A stretch of 64,000 nt of DNA from Sedimentisphaerales bacterium (GCA_963663965.2 CAXXFK010000020.1:290392-354391); one strand, 5' to 3'; shown: positions 1-10,756, counted from the first letter of the stretch. The notes: a model not told the origin generated them from the sequence alone. Translations and numbers: made by a program.

Positions 1-300
1 ACTTAACGCCGCCCAATAATATGTCAGTTCTTCAACGCTATTAGCGCGAATCGCATCTCTTCGGATCTCCTCTACCAATACCTGTCTGCTCGGCATCGGA
101 AACAGATAATATCCAACTTCTACCCCAGTATCGATCCGGGCAATATGCATAACGTTGGAGACCGTCCAATCCAGATTGGATTCATAATCCGGCGGCTCCT
201 TATAAACCGATTGCTTACATCCTGTTCCAACAAAACAGATTGCCAGTATAACAAAACATCGAATCGCAATTATCATTGCCCGCATCTTCACCATCTGCAT
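1..300 (-). CDS. Putative lipoprotein, N-terminal part (runs off the window edge)
   Basis: Manual translation, not in the ORF track: MQMVKMRAMIIAIRCFVILAICFVGTGCKQSVYKEPP... The frame is open to base 1 and has a hydrophobic signal with a lipobox-like GTGC. Confidence 0.6.
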   Translation of the reverse strand, partial: MQMVKMRAMIIAIRCFVILAICFVGTGCKQSVYKEPPDYESNLDWTVSNVMHIARIDTGVEVGYYLFPMPSRQVLVEEIRRDAIRANSVEELTYYWAALS

Positions 301-340
301 CTGAATAAATTCCTAAAAGTCTAACAAAATAATTCTATCT

Positions 341-875
341 TCAAAGCCAGACTAAATCCCCGGTATAAGGATACAAAGCGGCTGTACCGCCGGTATGCCA
401 GAACAGTACGCGGTCTTTCTTATCGATCTGACCGCTTCGAATCATATCGATCAATCCTGCCATCGCCCGCCCAGTATAGACGGGATCCAAAAGAATTCCT
501 TCTGCTTGCGCCATGGCTTTGATTGCCTCACGGTCCCCTTCGCTCACCACCCCATAACCGCTATTCGAATAAGCGGTCCTGATGTCAATGTCAGACCTGC
601 TGATATCAATATCCATCTCCAGATGTTTGATAGTCTCCCGGCTGATAACCAACACCTTTTCCGCTAAAGTCAGCTGGCCGTACTGCTCCTTCTCAATGCC
701 AATACCAATAACTTGATATTTGTTTCCCAATAATCGATTACCAACCACCATGCCGGCCTGGGTCCCTCCGGAACTGGAAGCAAAAATAATCTGTGAAATC
801 GATTGCTTCATGTCAGTCAACTGGGTATCCAGTTCCTTCATGGCCTGGACATACCCCATCGCTCCCAGATAGTTA
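341..875 (-). pseudogene. D-cysteine desulfhydrase / ACC deaminase family PLP enzyme, C-terminal half only, cut off at the IS end
   Basis: Motifs NYLGAMGY, ASSSGGTQAG, EGILLDPVYTGRAMAG and FWHTGG. The first ~12 codons of the track ORF come from the IS. The N-terminal PLP-lysine half is absent. Confidence 0.85.
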
Positions 876-2703
876 GAGCCTGTCCGTAGCTTTAACCCTA
901 TAGATTTCAAAAGATTATGTAAAAGAGTCGGAGTTATAGCGTGCTATTTTGGGTCAAAACCGTAAAATAGGTGTGTTATAAAATGTTTTGCGAATCATTT
1001 TTCCTTAAAAAAGGGAACACACCTATGCCAGAGATTTTACCCGTTCAGCAGTTGTTTGACAAAGGTATTCCGGAAGAATTTGGCTGTCTGGAGTATCGCC
1101 AGGAACGCCAGCAGTTGCTGGCCATGGACCAGATCATCCGCCACAGCGATCTGGAGCAGTTGTTTCTCCAGTATTTTCTCGACAAAGCTTACGCTGAAAT
1201 GGCCATCGAGCACTTTGGCACTGACACGCCGGTTAAATTAACCCATACGGATCGCATGAATATTCGTGCCCAGGCCGTTTGGGCGTTACGGATGTCGATC
1301 CTGCGTAAGCGGCTGGGTTTGTCGTTGCGTAAATTTGCCGTGGCCTTGTCTCATAGCGAACTGTATCAGTGGTTTTGCGGCATTAACCGCTTTGATCTGC
1401 CCCGGATCCCCGGCAAAACCAGAATCAACGAGTTGGAAAACGCGCTTTCGCCTCAGTTAATCGCTCAGGCGGAAGAACTGTTTTTTCAAGTGGCCCAGGG
1501 TTCGGTTGTTTTGGAGGCCCCCCTGGATTTCAGTCAGGCTTATTTTGACTGTACCTGCATTGGCGCCCACATTCATTATCCGATCGACTGGCTGCTGTTT
1601 AGAGATGCGACCCGTACCTTGATGAAGGCGACGGCCCGTATTCGTAAAGCCGGGATCCTGTGTCGCATGCCTTGCGAGCCGGCTAAGTTTATTTCAAACA
1701 TGAATAAGCTCTGCATGGAGATGACCTATGTTAACCGCAAAAAGGGCGCGAAAAAACTGCGTAAAGCGGTTTTGCGAAAGATGAAAAAACTGATCCGGCG
1801 GGTCTTGAATCATGCGGAAAATCATCTGAAAAACCTGGAAAACCACTGGAAAAAGGCCGATATCGCTCTCGGTTCCGTCCGGCAAATCGTCAAACAGATT
1901 ACCGGCGTGACCTGTCAGTTGGCCGCCGTGGTCAGGCAGGCTCACGAACGCATGATCGGCGAACGCAAGGTTGCCAATCCAGACAAGATCTTGAGCCTTT
2001 ACGAGCCGGATATCCATGTGATCGTGCGCCGCAAGGCCGGCGCGGAGACGGAATTTGGCAACCAACTTTATCTGGCCGAACAATCCAATGGCTTAATCAT
2101 GGACTGGAAGTTATTTCGTCAGCAAGGTCCCAGCGATGAAAAAATGCTTAAAGCCAGCCACCGGCGTATGGAAGAGAAGCTTGGTAATCAAGTCAAGCTG
2201 TTGGCCGGCGATCGGGGCTTCGACAGCGCCGGGAATCGCCAATACATGGAAAGTCACGATATTTTTAATGCGGTTTGTCCGCTCAGCCCGGCCTTGCTGA
2301 AGGAAAGGCTTCAGGAAGAGCCGTTCCGGCAGGCTCAGACTCGCCGCAGTCAGACCGAAGCCCGAATCAGCATCCTGAGCCATGGTTTTTGCGGGGCGCC
2401 CATGAAACAAAAAGGCTTTGATCACCGCCAAGTCCATATGGGCCTGAGCATTTTATCGCACAACCTCTGGGTATTGGCCAGAATTAAGCTGGCTCAAGAG
2501 GAAGAACGGGAAAAAGAACGACAAAAAGTGGCTTAAAACCACCCCGGCTTGCCCTGTTTATGGGGCTACTATGCGCAGAAATCGGAAAATCACCCGCTGA
2601 ACGAAAATAACCTGGACGCCAGCCGTCATCTACTGATGATACGATTGAAAATCCGTCCTCCCAAAACCGCGGCTCACAAAATCCAAGAATTGCGGACAGG
2701 CTC
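876..2703 (+). mobile_element. Insertion sequence (IS5/ISNCY-like, DDE), about 1.83 kb
   Basis: Terminal inverted repeats GAGCCTGTCCG (876-886) and CGGACAGGCTC (2693-2703), each flanked by TA. The perfect inverted match extends to 17 bp (870-886 vs 2693-2709). Encloses a single transposase. Confidence 0.85.
1024..2536 (+). CDS. DDE transposase (IS5/ISNCY-like)
   Basis: Motifs DCTCI..HIHYPID, KILSLYEPD..VIVRRKA..EFG, LAGDRGF and RRSQTEARI. Likely start is ATG 1024; the track ORF starts at 971. Confidence 0.9.
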
Positions 2704-2854
2704 TAACTACCAATCATTGCCTGATCACCCAACCCCATATTATAATCCAGCCCAACATCAATCCCCCGGCCCATAACCTCAACGCCCCAGAGACATTCCC
2801 CCCCCAACTAAACGAACCCATTTCTAATATTTTCGAGCTTAAACTGGTTGATAA

Positions 2855-3021
2855 TAAGGGTACCTCTAATAATTGCTTTAGAGGCGAAAGCGAGGATGAT
2901 TTTTCTCTGGCAAGGAACAAAGAACCGGGCATATTAGTCAATATTCACGGTTTTTTGTGACGCCGTCCAGAGGAAAATCAGACCGCTTGCAGCCCTGAAT
3001 GAATTATTAGAGGTGCCCTTA
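2855..3021. mobile_element. MITE-like non-autonomous element, about 165 bp
   Basis: 20-bp terminal inverted repeat TAAGGG(T/C)ACCTCTAATAATT at 2855-2874 and 3002-3021 (1 mismatch). Nested internal inverted repeats TGATTTTTCTCTGG / CCAGAGGAAAATCA and AAGAACCG / CGGTTTTT. Confidence 0.75.
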
Positions 3022-3053
3022 TATTAAACCACGATCCCAAACGAATCAAATTT

Positions 3054-3075
3054 AGCGGCAAGCCTCCTTGCCGCA
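3054..3075. repeat. GC-rich hairpin (REP-like or terminator of the floA operon)
   Basis: GCGGCAAG-CCTC-CTTGCCGC forms a perfect 8-bp stem downstream of the floA operon. Confidence 0.4.
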
Positions 3076-3133
3076 CACAGACTCCCCCCCCGGTGAGTAC
3101 TCCTTCATCCGTATCATACTACCCAAAAACCAA

Positions 3134-3676
3134 TCATTCATCCGCCTTGGGCTTACCGATAATCGTACTCAAAATCACCGCCTGCCGCATAGTCTTTGGA
3201 TTAAGAGGGATCCGTTTTCGATCAGGCCTGGATGCCTGCTGAGATGAGCTGATTTCCGACTGGCTCACCTCTTTACGGTTGTTCAATACTCTTTTAACAG
3301 ATCCAACCGTCCCAACTCCCTGCCCCCTCATCGGTTGAGACTTTACCGCGCCAATGGATGCCTGAGAGGGAACTTGCTTGTTCATGGGCCTGGTCTTCAC
3401 CACGACAGCCGGCCCGCTGCGCGGAATGGGCCGGGATGGACGCTGAACAGGCGCAGGTTTAATTTCAGGTTCAGAGGTCGCCGCGTACTCCTCATTGCGA
3501 TTGTCCGGCCATTCAACCGGTTTTTGCGGCGAACGGTCGGGAGGAGGCGCTTTCTTTTTACGCTGACTCAATCCGCCCAGCGCCGAAAGAATAATAAATA
3601 TCAAAACCGGCAGATACTCAAATAGATCAAACGGTCCGCGGTCCTCCAGGATCATCATGTCATAAATAATGGTCAT
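3134..3676 (-). CDS. Membrane-anchored low-complexity protein downstream of floA (YqfB-like position)
   Basis: N-terminal TM segment (YLPVLIFIILSALGG) followed by basic residues, a Pro/Ser-rich middle and C-terminal MRQAVILSTIIGKPKA. Start is uncertain (3676 or 3658). Confidence 0.7.
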   Translation of the reverse strand: MTIIYDMMILEDRGPFDLFEYLPVLIFIILSALGGLSQRKKKAPPPDRSPQKPVEWPDNRNEEYAATSEPEIKPAPVQRPSRPIPRSGPAVVVKTRPMNKQVPSQASIGAVKSQPMRGQGVGTVGSVKRVLNNRKEVSQSEISSSQQASRPDRKRIPLNPKTMRQAVILSTIIGKPKADE

Positions 3677-3677
3677 A

Positions 3678-4817
3678 TCAAGCCTTGGTTTCACCTTCTT
3701 TACCGATGGAATCCCGCATATTGGTATCGGCAATAATATTCTTCATGCGATAATAATCCATCACTCCCAGGTGACCGCTGCGAAACGCGTCAGAAATGGC
3801 CTTGGGCACTTCCGCCTCAGCCAGCACCAGTTTGGCCCGGTTCTCCTGAACCAGCGCCACCATTTCCTGTTCACGCGCCACCGCCATCGCCCGGCGCCCT
3901 TCAGCCTCAGCCTGCCGCATTTGCTTATCCGCTTCAGCCCGTTCGGTCTCCAGCAACGCCCCCACATTAGCCACATCCCGCACCGAGGCCACACTTACAT
4001 CGGCAATATCAATGGAAACGATCTCAAACGCCGTCTGGGCGTCGAGCCCGCTTTCCAGTACCTTGCGCGAAATCCGATCCGGATTCTCCAGCACCTCTTT
4101 ATAACTGGCCGCCGATCCGATCGCGCTGACAATCCCCTGGCCCACACGGGCAATAATCGTCTCTTCCGTGGCGCCCCGGACAATCTGGTTGATATTGGAT
4201 CGGACCGTCACCCGCGCCTTAACCAGGAGCCGGATACCATCTTTCGCCACCGCGTCCAGCATGCCCGTCTGGGTCGACGCCGATTGCGGACAATCGATAA
4301 TCTTGGGCTTGACCGTTGTTCTTACCGCATCCAGCACATCCCGGCCCGCCAGGTCAATCGCACGCGCAACATCCAGAGAAAGATCAATTTTCGCCCGATG
4401 CGCCGCGATCATCGCCTGCACCAGTTCCACCACATGCCCGCCGGCAAAATGATGGGCCTGTAATTCATCAAAATTAATCATTAATCCCGCTTTATGGGCC
4501 AGAATCATCGCTTCAGTACAAATCAGCACGTCTTTGGGATTACCCCGCACCAGAAACACACTTTCCAGCGCCGGCGTTTTCAGGTCCAGAATACCGGCTT
4601 TAACCGCCGATATCCTGGTCTTGACAATCAGTTGCGGCGGCACTTTCCGCAGCCACATCCCGATCAGATCCAGAAAACTGACACTGGCGCCACTGGACAG
4701 GGCCTGTATCCAGATACTTAAAAACCGGGCCATCACCACAAATATGCCCAATACCAGTAGAATTCCGATCGAAATGGCAACTAACCAGCCATTACTAATA
4801 TCCAGCAGCATATTCAT
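3678..4817 (-). CDS. floA: Flotillin-like protein FloA (YqfA/UPF0365)
   Basis: Motifs [45 protein letters not shown] and [16 protein letters not shown]. Confidence 0.92.
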   Translation of the reverse strand: MNMLLDISNGWLVAISIGILLVLGIFVVMARFLSIWIQALSSGASVSFLDLIGMWLRKVPPQLIVKTRISAVKAGILDLKTPALESVFLVRGNPKDVLICTEAMILAHKAGLMINFDELQAHHFAGGHVVELVQAMIAAHRAKIDLSLDVARAIDLAGRDVLDAVRTTVKPKIIDCPQSASTQTGMLDAVAKDGIRLLVKARVTVRSNINQIVRGATEETIIARVGQGIVSAIGSAASYKEVLENPDRISRKVLESGLDAQTAFEIVSIDIADVSVASVRDVANVGALLETERAEADKQMRQAEAEGRRAMAVAREQEMVALVQENRAKLVLAEAEVPKAISDAFRSGHLGVMDYYRMKNIIADTNMRDSIGKEGETKA

Positions 4818-5059
4818 AATCGAACCTGCTCCTTCCTGATAATATTACCGTTTATGCATGATGAACTCAGGCAACCTCATAAAATTCATAAGATTACCAA
4901 ACGATTCTTAATCTACTCAAATTATAAGGCCATTGATAAAGATAGCAAATTAAATCCCAGATATCGATTTGCCATAGATTCTCAAGATAAATATAGGGCG
5001 ATTTTCCATTCGATATCTGGCTGTAAGTTATTATAATAGCATAAGTTTACTTTCTATAT

Positions 5060-7357
5060 ATGATAATGAGTACCATTCGTCGACAAATTACCATTACCGG
5101 ACAGGTCCAGGGCGTAGGCTTTCGACCGTTTATCTATCTATTGGCTCACCGGCTGGGCCTGACCGGCAAGGTCTACAATTCCGGCCTGGGCGTTATCATT
5201 GAAATTCAGGGAACGACCAAACAGACCGCCCAGTTTGTTCGGGACGCCATTCAACAAGCACCGTCGTTATCATCTCCCAATCTTGAAAAAGATCAGATCA
5301 TTCCAATCATACCGGATGAAAGCCATTTTTATATCGCCGGATCGCAATCCGGGAACAACCGGGATCTTTCCATTACTCCCGACGCCGCCATATGTTCCGA
5401 TTGCCGCCGCGAATTACTGGATCCCAATGACCGACGCTATCGTTATCCATTTATCAACTGTACGCAATGCGGCCCACGTTATACGATAATCTCGGATGTC
5501 CCATATGACCGGCCGCATACGACTATGCGTGTCTTTAAGATGTGTGACGCCTGTCAGGCTGAATACGATAATCCGGCCAATCGCCGGTTTCACGCCCAGC
5601 CCAACGCCTGTCCGGAATGCGGTCCGCATGTCTGGTTAACCGATGCAACCGGCCAGATTATTGAGGAGGAAGATCCTATTAAACTGGCGGTTCAGTGGCT
5701 GGAAGATGGCAAAATTCTGGCAGTCAAAGGCCTGGGTGGTTTTCATCTGGCAGTCAGAGCGGATGATAACCATGCCGTTGCCAGTTTGCGGCTGCGAAAG
5801 TTACGACAGGCCAAAGCGTTCGCACTGATGGTTCGCGATCTGGAAGCCGCGCGACAAATAGCCACCTTTGATTCAACTGCGGCAGATCTGCTCCAAACTT
5901 CAGCCGCTCCCATTGTTTTATGCCCCAAACTGCCCCATCACAAACTTAGCGATCAGGTGGCGCCCCACTCGCGCGAATTTGGCATTATGCTGCCTTATAC
6001 CCCCTTGCATGTCCTGTTGATGCTGGGAAACTACCCGGCCCTGGTCATGACCAGCGGTAACAGTACCGACGAACCCATCGAAGCGGATAACACCCACGCG
6101 CTGGCGCGGCTGGCGGAGATTGCCGATGGATTTCTACTGCATGACCGTGCCATTTTTACCAGTTGCGATGATTCCGTTGTGCGGCTGGTTCAAGGCCGGC
6201 CCATGCTGTTACGTCGCGCCCGTGGGTATGTACCCCGCATGTTGGATCTGGATCGTCAGAGTAAACTGGATATTCTGGCTCTGGGCAGTGATTTGAAAAA
6301 TACCGTAACTATTTTAAAGGAAGACAAGGCTTTTGTCGGCCAGCATACCGGCGATCTCGAAAATGAAAACACCAGCCGGGTGGCCTTTAACTCCACAGAA
6401 AAACTATTGGCGCTCAGCGGAGCGCAACCGGCGGCGATTGTCTGCGACTTACACCCGGCTATGGTGAGTTCCAGGCACGCCCGCGATTTCCAACAGCCGG
6501 TTGTTCCAGTTCAACATCACCATGCCCATATTGCCGCGGTGATGGGCGAATATCAAATCAACCATCCAGTCATTGGCCTGGCGCTTGATGGACTGGGTTA
6601 TGGCAGTGACGGTTCGATCTGGGGTGGAGAGCTGCTTCTGGTTGAACGAGCCCGGTTTCGGCGTTTGGGCCACCTGAGTCACTTCCAACAACCCGGCGGC
6701 GACATGGCCGGCCGGCAACCCTGGCGTATGGCGCTGAGTTGCCTGCATGCCGCCTTCGGAACGGAACTGGCCAGAAATCTTGCCAAACAATTCTTGTCCT
6801 GTTCAGCGGAAGAATCTGATCCAATTTTAACTATGCTGGAAAAGGGAATTAATTGCCCGGCCACTTCCAGTCTGGGCCGGCTGTTTGATGCCGTCAGTGC
6901 CTTGATTGGAGTCTGCCGACAGAATACTTATGAAGCCCAGGCGGCCATCGAACTGGAATTCATCGCCGATCCAAACCCTGAATCTACCTATCAATATCAA
7001 TGGTTGGAACAGGATGGGCTAACCATCCTGGATAATCGCAAGGTCATTCAACAAATCCTTGACGACTTGCAGAACAAGCTGCCCACGGACCGGATTGCAG
7101 GGCGATTTCACTCCTACCTGATCAATGCTCTTAGCGATGCCGCTTGTTCGCAGGCCAGACAGCATGAATGCAAGACAATCTGCCTGGCCGGCGGTGTGTT
7201 TCAAAATAAACTCCTGCTGGAAGGAATAATTAACCGTCTCGAACAGCAAGGTCTGACCGTACGATTCAACCGTAAGCTACCGGTTAATGACGGTTCGATC
7301 TCGTTTGGTCAGGCGGTTGTGGCGGATGCCCTGATCGCCGAAGGGGCTATTCCTTGA
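5060..7357 (+). CDS. hypF: Carbamoyltransferase HypF
   Basis: Acylphosphatase domain GQVQGVGFRPF, zinc fingers with YPFINCTQCGPRY and RRFHAQPNACPECGP, VKGLGGFHL, VQHHHAH, DGLGYGSDG.IWGGE and NDGSISFGQ. Confidence 0.97.
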   Translation: MIMSTIRRQITITGQVQGVGFRPFIYLLAHRLGLTGKVYNSGLGVIIEIQGTTKQTAQFVRDAIQQAPSLSSPNLEKDQIIPIIPDESHFYIAGSQSGNNRDLSITPDAAICSDCRRELLDPNDRRYRYPFINCTQCGPRYTIISDVPYDRPHTTMRVFKMCDACQAEYDNPANRRFHAQPNACPECGPHVWLTDATGQIIEEEDPIKLAVQWLEDGKILAVKGLGGFHLAVRADDNHAVASLRLRKLRQAKAFALMVRDLEAARQIATFDSTAADLLQTSAAPIVLCPKLPHHKLSDQVAPHSREFGIMLPYTPLHVLLMLGNYPALVMTSGNSTDEPIEADNTHALARLAEIADGFLLHDRAIFTSCDDSVVRLVQGRPMLLRRARGYVPRMLDLDRQSKLDILALGSDLKNTVTILKEDKAFVGQHTGDLENENTSRVAFNSTEKLLALSGAQPAAIVCDLHPAMVSSRHARDFQQPVVPVQHHHAHIAAVMGEYQINHPVIGLALDGLGYGSDGSIWGGELLLVERARFRRLGHLSHFQQPGGDMAGRQPWRMALSCLHAAFGTELARNLAKQFLSCSAEESDPILTMLEKGINCPATSSLGRLFDAVSALIGVCRQNTYEAQAAIELEFIADPNPESTYQYQWLEQDGLTILDNRKVIQQILDDLQNKLPTDRIAGRFHSYLINALSDAACSQARQHECKTICLAGGVFQNKLLLEGIINRLEQQGLTVRFNRKLPVNDGSISFGQAVVADALIAEGAIP

Positions 7358-8030
7358 CAAATCCCGCCTGACGGCCAATATGCTGTGCAGGTTGTTCCAG
7401 TAACCAGTTCAGCCATTGATCGAAATTTTCACCGGTTTTGCTCGACACCGGTACTACCGGCGCCGTTCCATTTAATTTACGAATATCGGTCATCACCCGA
7501 TCCATATCAAATTCACACACCTGCTTGATATCCATCTTGGTCAGCAAGACTATATCGGCCACACGAAAGATCGTGGGATATTTGGCGACCTTGTCATCAC
7601 CTTCCGGAAAACTGTAAAGAATCGTTTTGACATTCTCGCCCAGATCAAATTCGCCCGGACAGACCATATTGCCCACATTTTCAATAAATAAATAATCGAT
7701 CGTATTTAAATCCAGGTTTTCCAGCGCCGCGGCAATCTGATTGGCGTAAAGATGACAACTTAATCCGGTATTAATTTGAATCGATTCGGCCGCCATTTTA
7801 TCCAGCCGCTCGGCATCACGGGCGGTTTCCAGATCACCAACGATAACCGCGCAGCGTTTACCGCGCTCATTCAGGGCGGTGATGGTTTTTTCCAAAAGTG
7901 TCGTCTTGCCGCTGCCCGGCGAACTGATGAGATTAACTCCCAGAGTCCCGGCCGCTTTGAGTGTTTCACGAACCTGAGCGGCAATTTTGTCATTATCCTG
8001 CATGATATGTTTGATTGCTTTGATCTGCAT
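7347..8030 (-). CDS. hypB: Hydrogenase nickel incorporation GTPase HypB
   Basis: SSPGSGKTTL, QINTG.SCHL, IENVGNMVCP, EGDDKV.KYP. Confidence 0.96.
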   Translation of the reverse strand: MQIKAIKHIMQDNDKIAAQVRETLKAAGTLGVNLISSPGSGKTTLLEKTITALNERGKRCAVIVGDLETARDAERLDKMAAESIQINTGLSCHLYANQIAAALENLDLNTIDYLFIENVGNMVCPGEFDLGENVKTILYSFPEGDDKVAKYPTIFRVADIVLLTKMDIKQVCEFDMDRVMTDIRKLNGTAPVVPVSSKTGENFDQWLNWLLEQPAQHIGRQAGFVKE

Positions 8031-8047
8031 AGGTGCCCTTTCTGGTT

Positions 8048-8398
8048 TTATTCATCATTCTCCAATGAAACCGATTTCAGAATAATCTCATCGCCGGAAA
8101 TCAGATCCATATCCACTACTTGACATTGTTTGCACATAAAATCATCCACCTCGGCCTGCCAGCTTTGACCACAGGATTTACACTTAACGATAATCGGAAT
8201 TTCAGTCATGATCAGAATCGATCCTTCGGCCAGAGTCTCTTTGGTAGCGCTTTCCCAGGCTGTCTGCATGACCTCCGAAACAATCTGCTTCAATTGCCCG
8301 ACATCCAGCTGCACTTCGGTCACTATCCGGGCGTTGTGTTTCTGGGCCAGGTCCATAACCTGTTCCATGATCGCACTGACTATACTGAATTCATGCAT
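8048..8398 (-). CDS. hypA: Hydrogenase maturation nickel metallochaperone HypA
   Basis: N-terminal MHE and two CxxC motifs (CKSC, CKQC). Confidence 0.95.
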   Translation of the reverse strand: MHEFSIVSAIMEQVMDLAQKHNARIVTEVQLDVGQLKQIVSEVMQTAWESATKETLAEGSILIMTEIPIIVKCKSCGQSWQAEVDDFMCKQCQVVDMDLISGDEIILKSVSLENDE

Positions 8399-8409
8399 TG
8401 CTGTTCTCT

Positions 8410-9417
8410 TTAGCAGATTCGTGGCAATTCTTCGCCATAAGGCCTTAATATGACCCGGCGTCCCCCGATTTTGGTTATCAAGGTAGCGCCCGGCCGGCCG
8501 GTTTTGACTTCACCGATCATTGAAACATTTTTTCCTAATGGATGATTTTGACAGATTTTGACAGCCTTATCGGCATCTTCCGCGCTGACAACGATCACAC
8601 ATTTGCCTTCATTGGCAATGGTCAGTGGATCCAGACCCAGTAATTCAGCCACATGTCGCGCGGTCCGGGTAATTGGTAACCGGGCTTCTTCGATCTCAAT
8701 CGCCAGGGAGCTGCTTTGCGCCAGATCCGCCACCAATCCCGCCACTCCCCCACGGGTGGCATCCCGAATAAAACGAATGGCCAATCCCGCCTCCAGCAGT
8801 TCAGCAATTAATCCATTGAGTGGTGCGGCATCAGTGGCCAATTCGCTTTGCAGGTTCAATCCTTCTCGCACCGCCATGATTGCCAGGCCATGCTCAGCCA
8901 GGTTGCCGTTGATCAGTATCTTATCCCCCGGTTCGATTTGTCCGGGTGACAGATCTAGTCCTGCCGGCAAAATACCAATCCCGCTGGTATTGATATACAT
9001 ATTTCCGCCGCTGGTCCGTTCGATTACCTTGGTATCACCCGTGACCACCTGGACTCCGGCTTGCCGGGCAGTCCGGGCAATTGAATCGACAATCTGTTCC
9101 AGGGTGGAAATGGCCAGACCTTCTTCAATAATAAAACCCAGTGACAACCATTTCGGCACAGCTCCCATGACTGCCAGATCATTCACCGTGCCACAGACCG
9201 CCAGTGTTCCGATATCACCCCCGGGAAATATCAACGGCGTAATGACATAAGAGTCGGTGGTATAACAGATTCGGCCACCTTTGGGATCCAGCACGGCGCT
9301 ATCCCCCATTGCGTCCAGTATGGTATTGGATAACCTGGGCGCGATGATCTCTTCAATCAATCGATGGGTCAGTTCACCCCCACCACCATGCGCCATTAAT
9401 ATGGTATCGTGTTCCAA
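8410..9417 (-). CDS. hypE: Carbamoyl dehydratase HypE
   Basis: MAHGGGG, FPGGDIG.LAVCGTVNDLA, RDATRGG, ANEGK and C-terminal PRIC. Confidence 0.97.
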   Translation of the reverse strand: MEHDTILMAHGGGGELTHRLIEEIIAPRLSNTILDAMGDSAVLDPKGGRICYTTDSYVITPLIFPGGDIGTLAVCGTVNDLAVMGAVPKWLSLGFIIEEGLAISTLEQIVDSIARTARQAGVQVVTGDTKVIERTSGGNMYINTSGIGILPAGLDLSPGQIEPGDKILINGNLAEHGLAIMAVREGLNLQSELATDAAPLNGLIAELLEAGLAIRFIRDATRGGVAGLVADLAQSSSLAIEIEEARLPITRTARHVAELLGLDPLTIANEGKCVIVVSAEDADKAVKICQNHPLGKNVSMIGEVKTGRPGATLITKIGGRRVILRPYGEELPRIC

Positions 9418-9420
9418 ATC

Positions 9421-10518
9421 CTATCTCGTCTCGTCTTGAGTTTCTACATTGCCATATTTAAACCAGGCGGCGCAGGTCCCTTCAGAGCTGACCATGCAGG
9501 GTCCAACCGGATTCCCAGGAGTGCAACGCTTGCCGAATAAGGCACATTCAGGCGGTTCGATTTTTCCCATAATCACTTCACCGCAACGACATCCTGGCAA
9601 ACAGTCATCCGTTTCGGTATCTACCTGATAACGCAAGGCCGCATCTAATTCACGATAATCTGGTTTTAAACGCATACCGCTATTGGGAATAGAACCAATC
9701 GCCCGCCAGGGCGCCGGGCAACTCTCGAAAACGTCTGCCAAAGCCTTTTGCGCGTAAGGATTACCTTCCGGGCGTACCACCTGAGGATAAGCATTCACAA
9801 CTTCAGGTCTTTTTTCAACAACCAGGGTGACGGCTTTTTCAATACCCTGCAAAATCTGGAGCGGCTCGAACCCGGTGATAACACAGGGTTTATGATAATC
9901 GTGGGCAAAAGTCTGATAGGCATCTGCACCAATCACGATACTCACATGGCCCGGACATAAAAATGCGTCAATCGCCAGATCAGGCAGGCCCGCGATAAAT
10001 TCCAGGGCAGGCATCACCCATTTATGAGCACACAGAAAACTGACATTTTTCAGATTGGCCTGTCTGGCCTGTAAAACCGCAGCCGCCGTAGCCGGTGCGG
10101 TTGTCTCAAAACCAATCGCCAGGAATACGAATTCACGGGCGGGTTCTTTTTGCGCAGCTTTGAGCATATCCAAAGGGGACATGACGACGCGGATATCCCC
10201 GCCGACGGCCCTTTGACGCGCCAGACTGCCATGATGTCCGGGAACACGGACCATATCGCCGTAAGTGCAAATGACCAGATCCTTTTGCTGACTTAAAGAA
10301 ATGGCAGCATCGATATAGCCCTGGCAGGTCACACAAACCGGACATCCCGGCCCGCTGATTAATTTCACTTCAGGGGGCAGAAGAGATTTGATGCCATGAC
10401 GCATTATAGAAACGGTATGGGTACCGCATACTTCCATGATCCGAATGGTTGCTTTGTGGGCTGTCTTATCCCGGATCGTATTCAGGAGGACTTCAATTTG
10501 CCGGGGTAATGTCTTCAT
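9421..10518 (-). CDS. hypD: Hydrogenase maturation factor HypD
   Basis: MEVCGTHT, GPGCPVCVT, GFETT, PGHVS and PCMVSSEGTCAA. Likely start is ATG 10518, overlapping the end of hypC. Confidence 0.96.
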   Translation of the reverse strand: MKTLPRQIEVLLNTIRDKTAHKATIRIMEVCGTHTVSIMRHGIKSLLPPEVKLISGPGCPVCVTCQGYIDAAISLSQQKDLVICTYGDMVRVPGHHGSLARQRAVGGDIRVVMSPLDMLKAAQKEPAREFVFLAIGFETTAPATAAAVLQARQANLKNVSFLCAHKWVMPALEFIAGLPDLAIDAFLCPGHVSIVIGADAYQTFAHDYHKPCVITGFEPLQILQGIEKAVTLVVEKRPEVVNAYPQVVRPEGNPYAQKALADVFESCPAPWRAIGSIPNSGMRLKPDYRELDAALRYQVDTETDDCLPGCRCGEVIMGKIEPPECALFGKRCTPGNPVGPCMVSSEGTCAAWFKYGNVETQDETR

Positions 10519-10756
10519 CGAGACCTTCGGTGATTTGGCTGAGATAGTCCCAGATTTCACGGGCATCTTCTTCTGTGACAATTTCCAGGGCCTGGCCGGC
10601 ATGAACCAGAATATAGTCCCCGACTTTGGCCTGGGGGGTATAGAGCAAGCTGACTTCAGTGATCGTACCGTTCAGATCAGCCTTTCCAATAGGCCCGATG
10701 ATATTGTCAGCCGGTTCGATAATCTCGGTTAACTTGATTGGGACAGCTAAACACAT
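10493..10756 (-). CDS. hypC: Hydrogenase chaperone HypC
   Basis: N-terminal MCLAVP and VGDYILVHAGQA. Confidence 0.96.
   Translation of the reverse strand: MCLAVPIKLTEIIEPADNIIGPIGKADLNGTITEVSLLYTPQAKVGDYILVHAGQALEIVTEEDAREIWDYLSQITEGLDEDITPAN

Noticed and set aside
2549..2941. 75-aa ORFs spanning the IS right end and the MITE
   Set aside because: They cross element boundaries and are likely chance ORFs.
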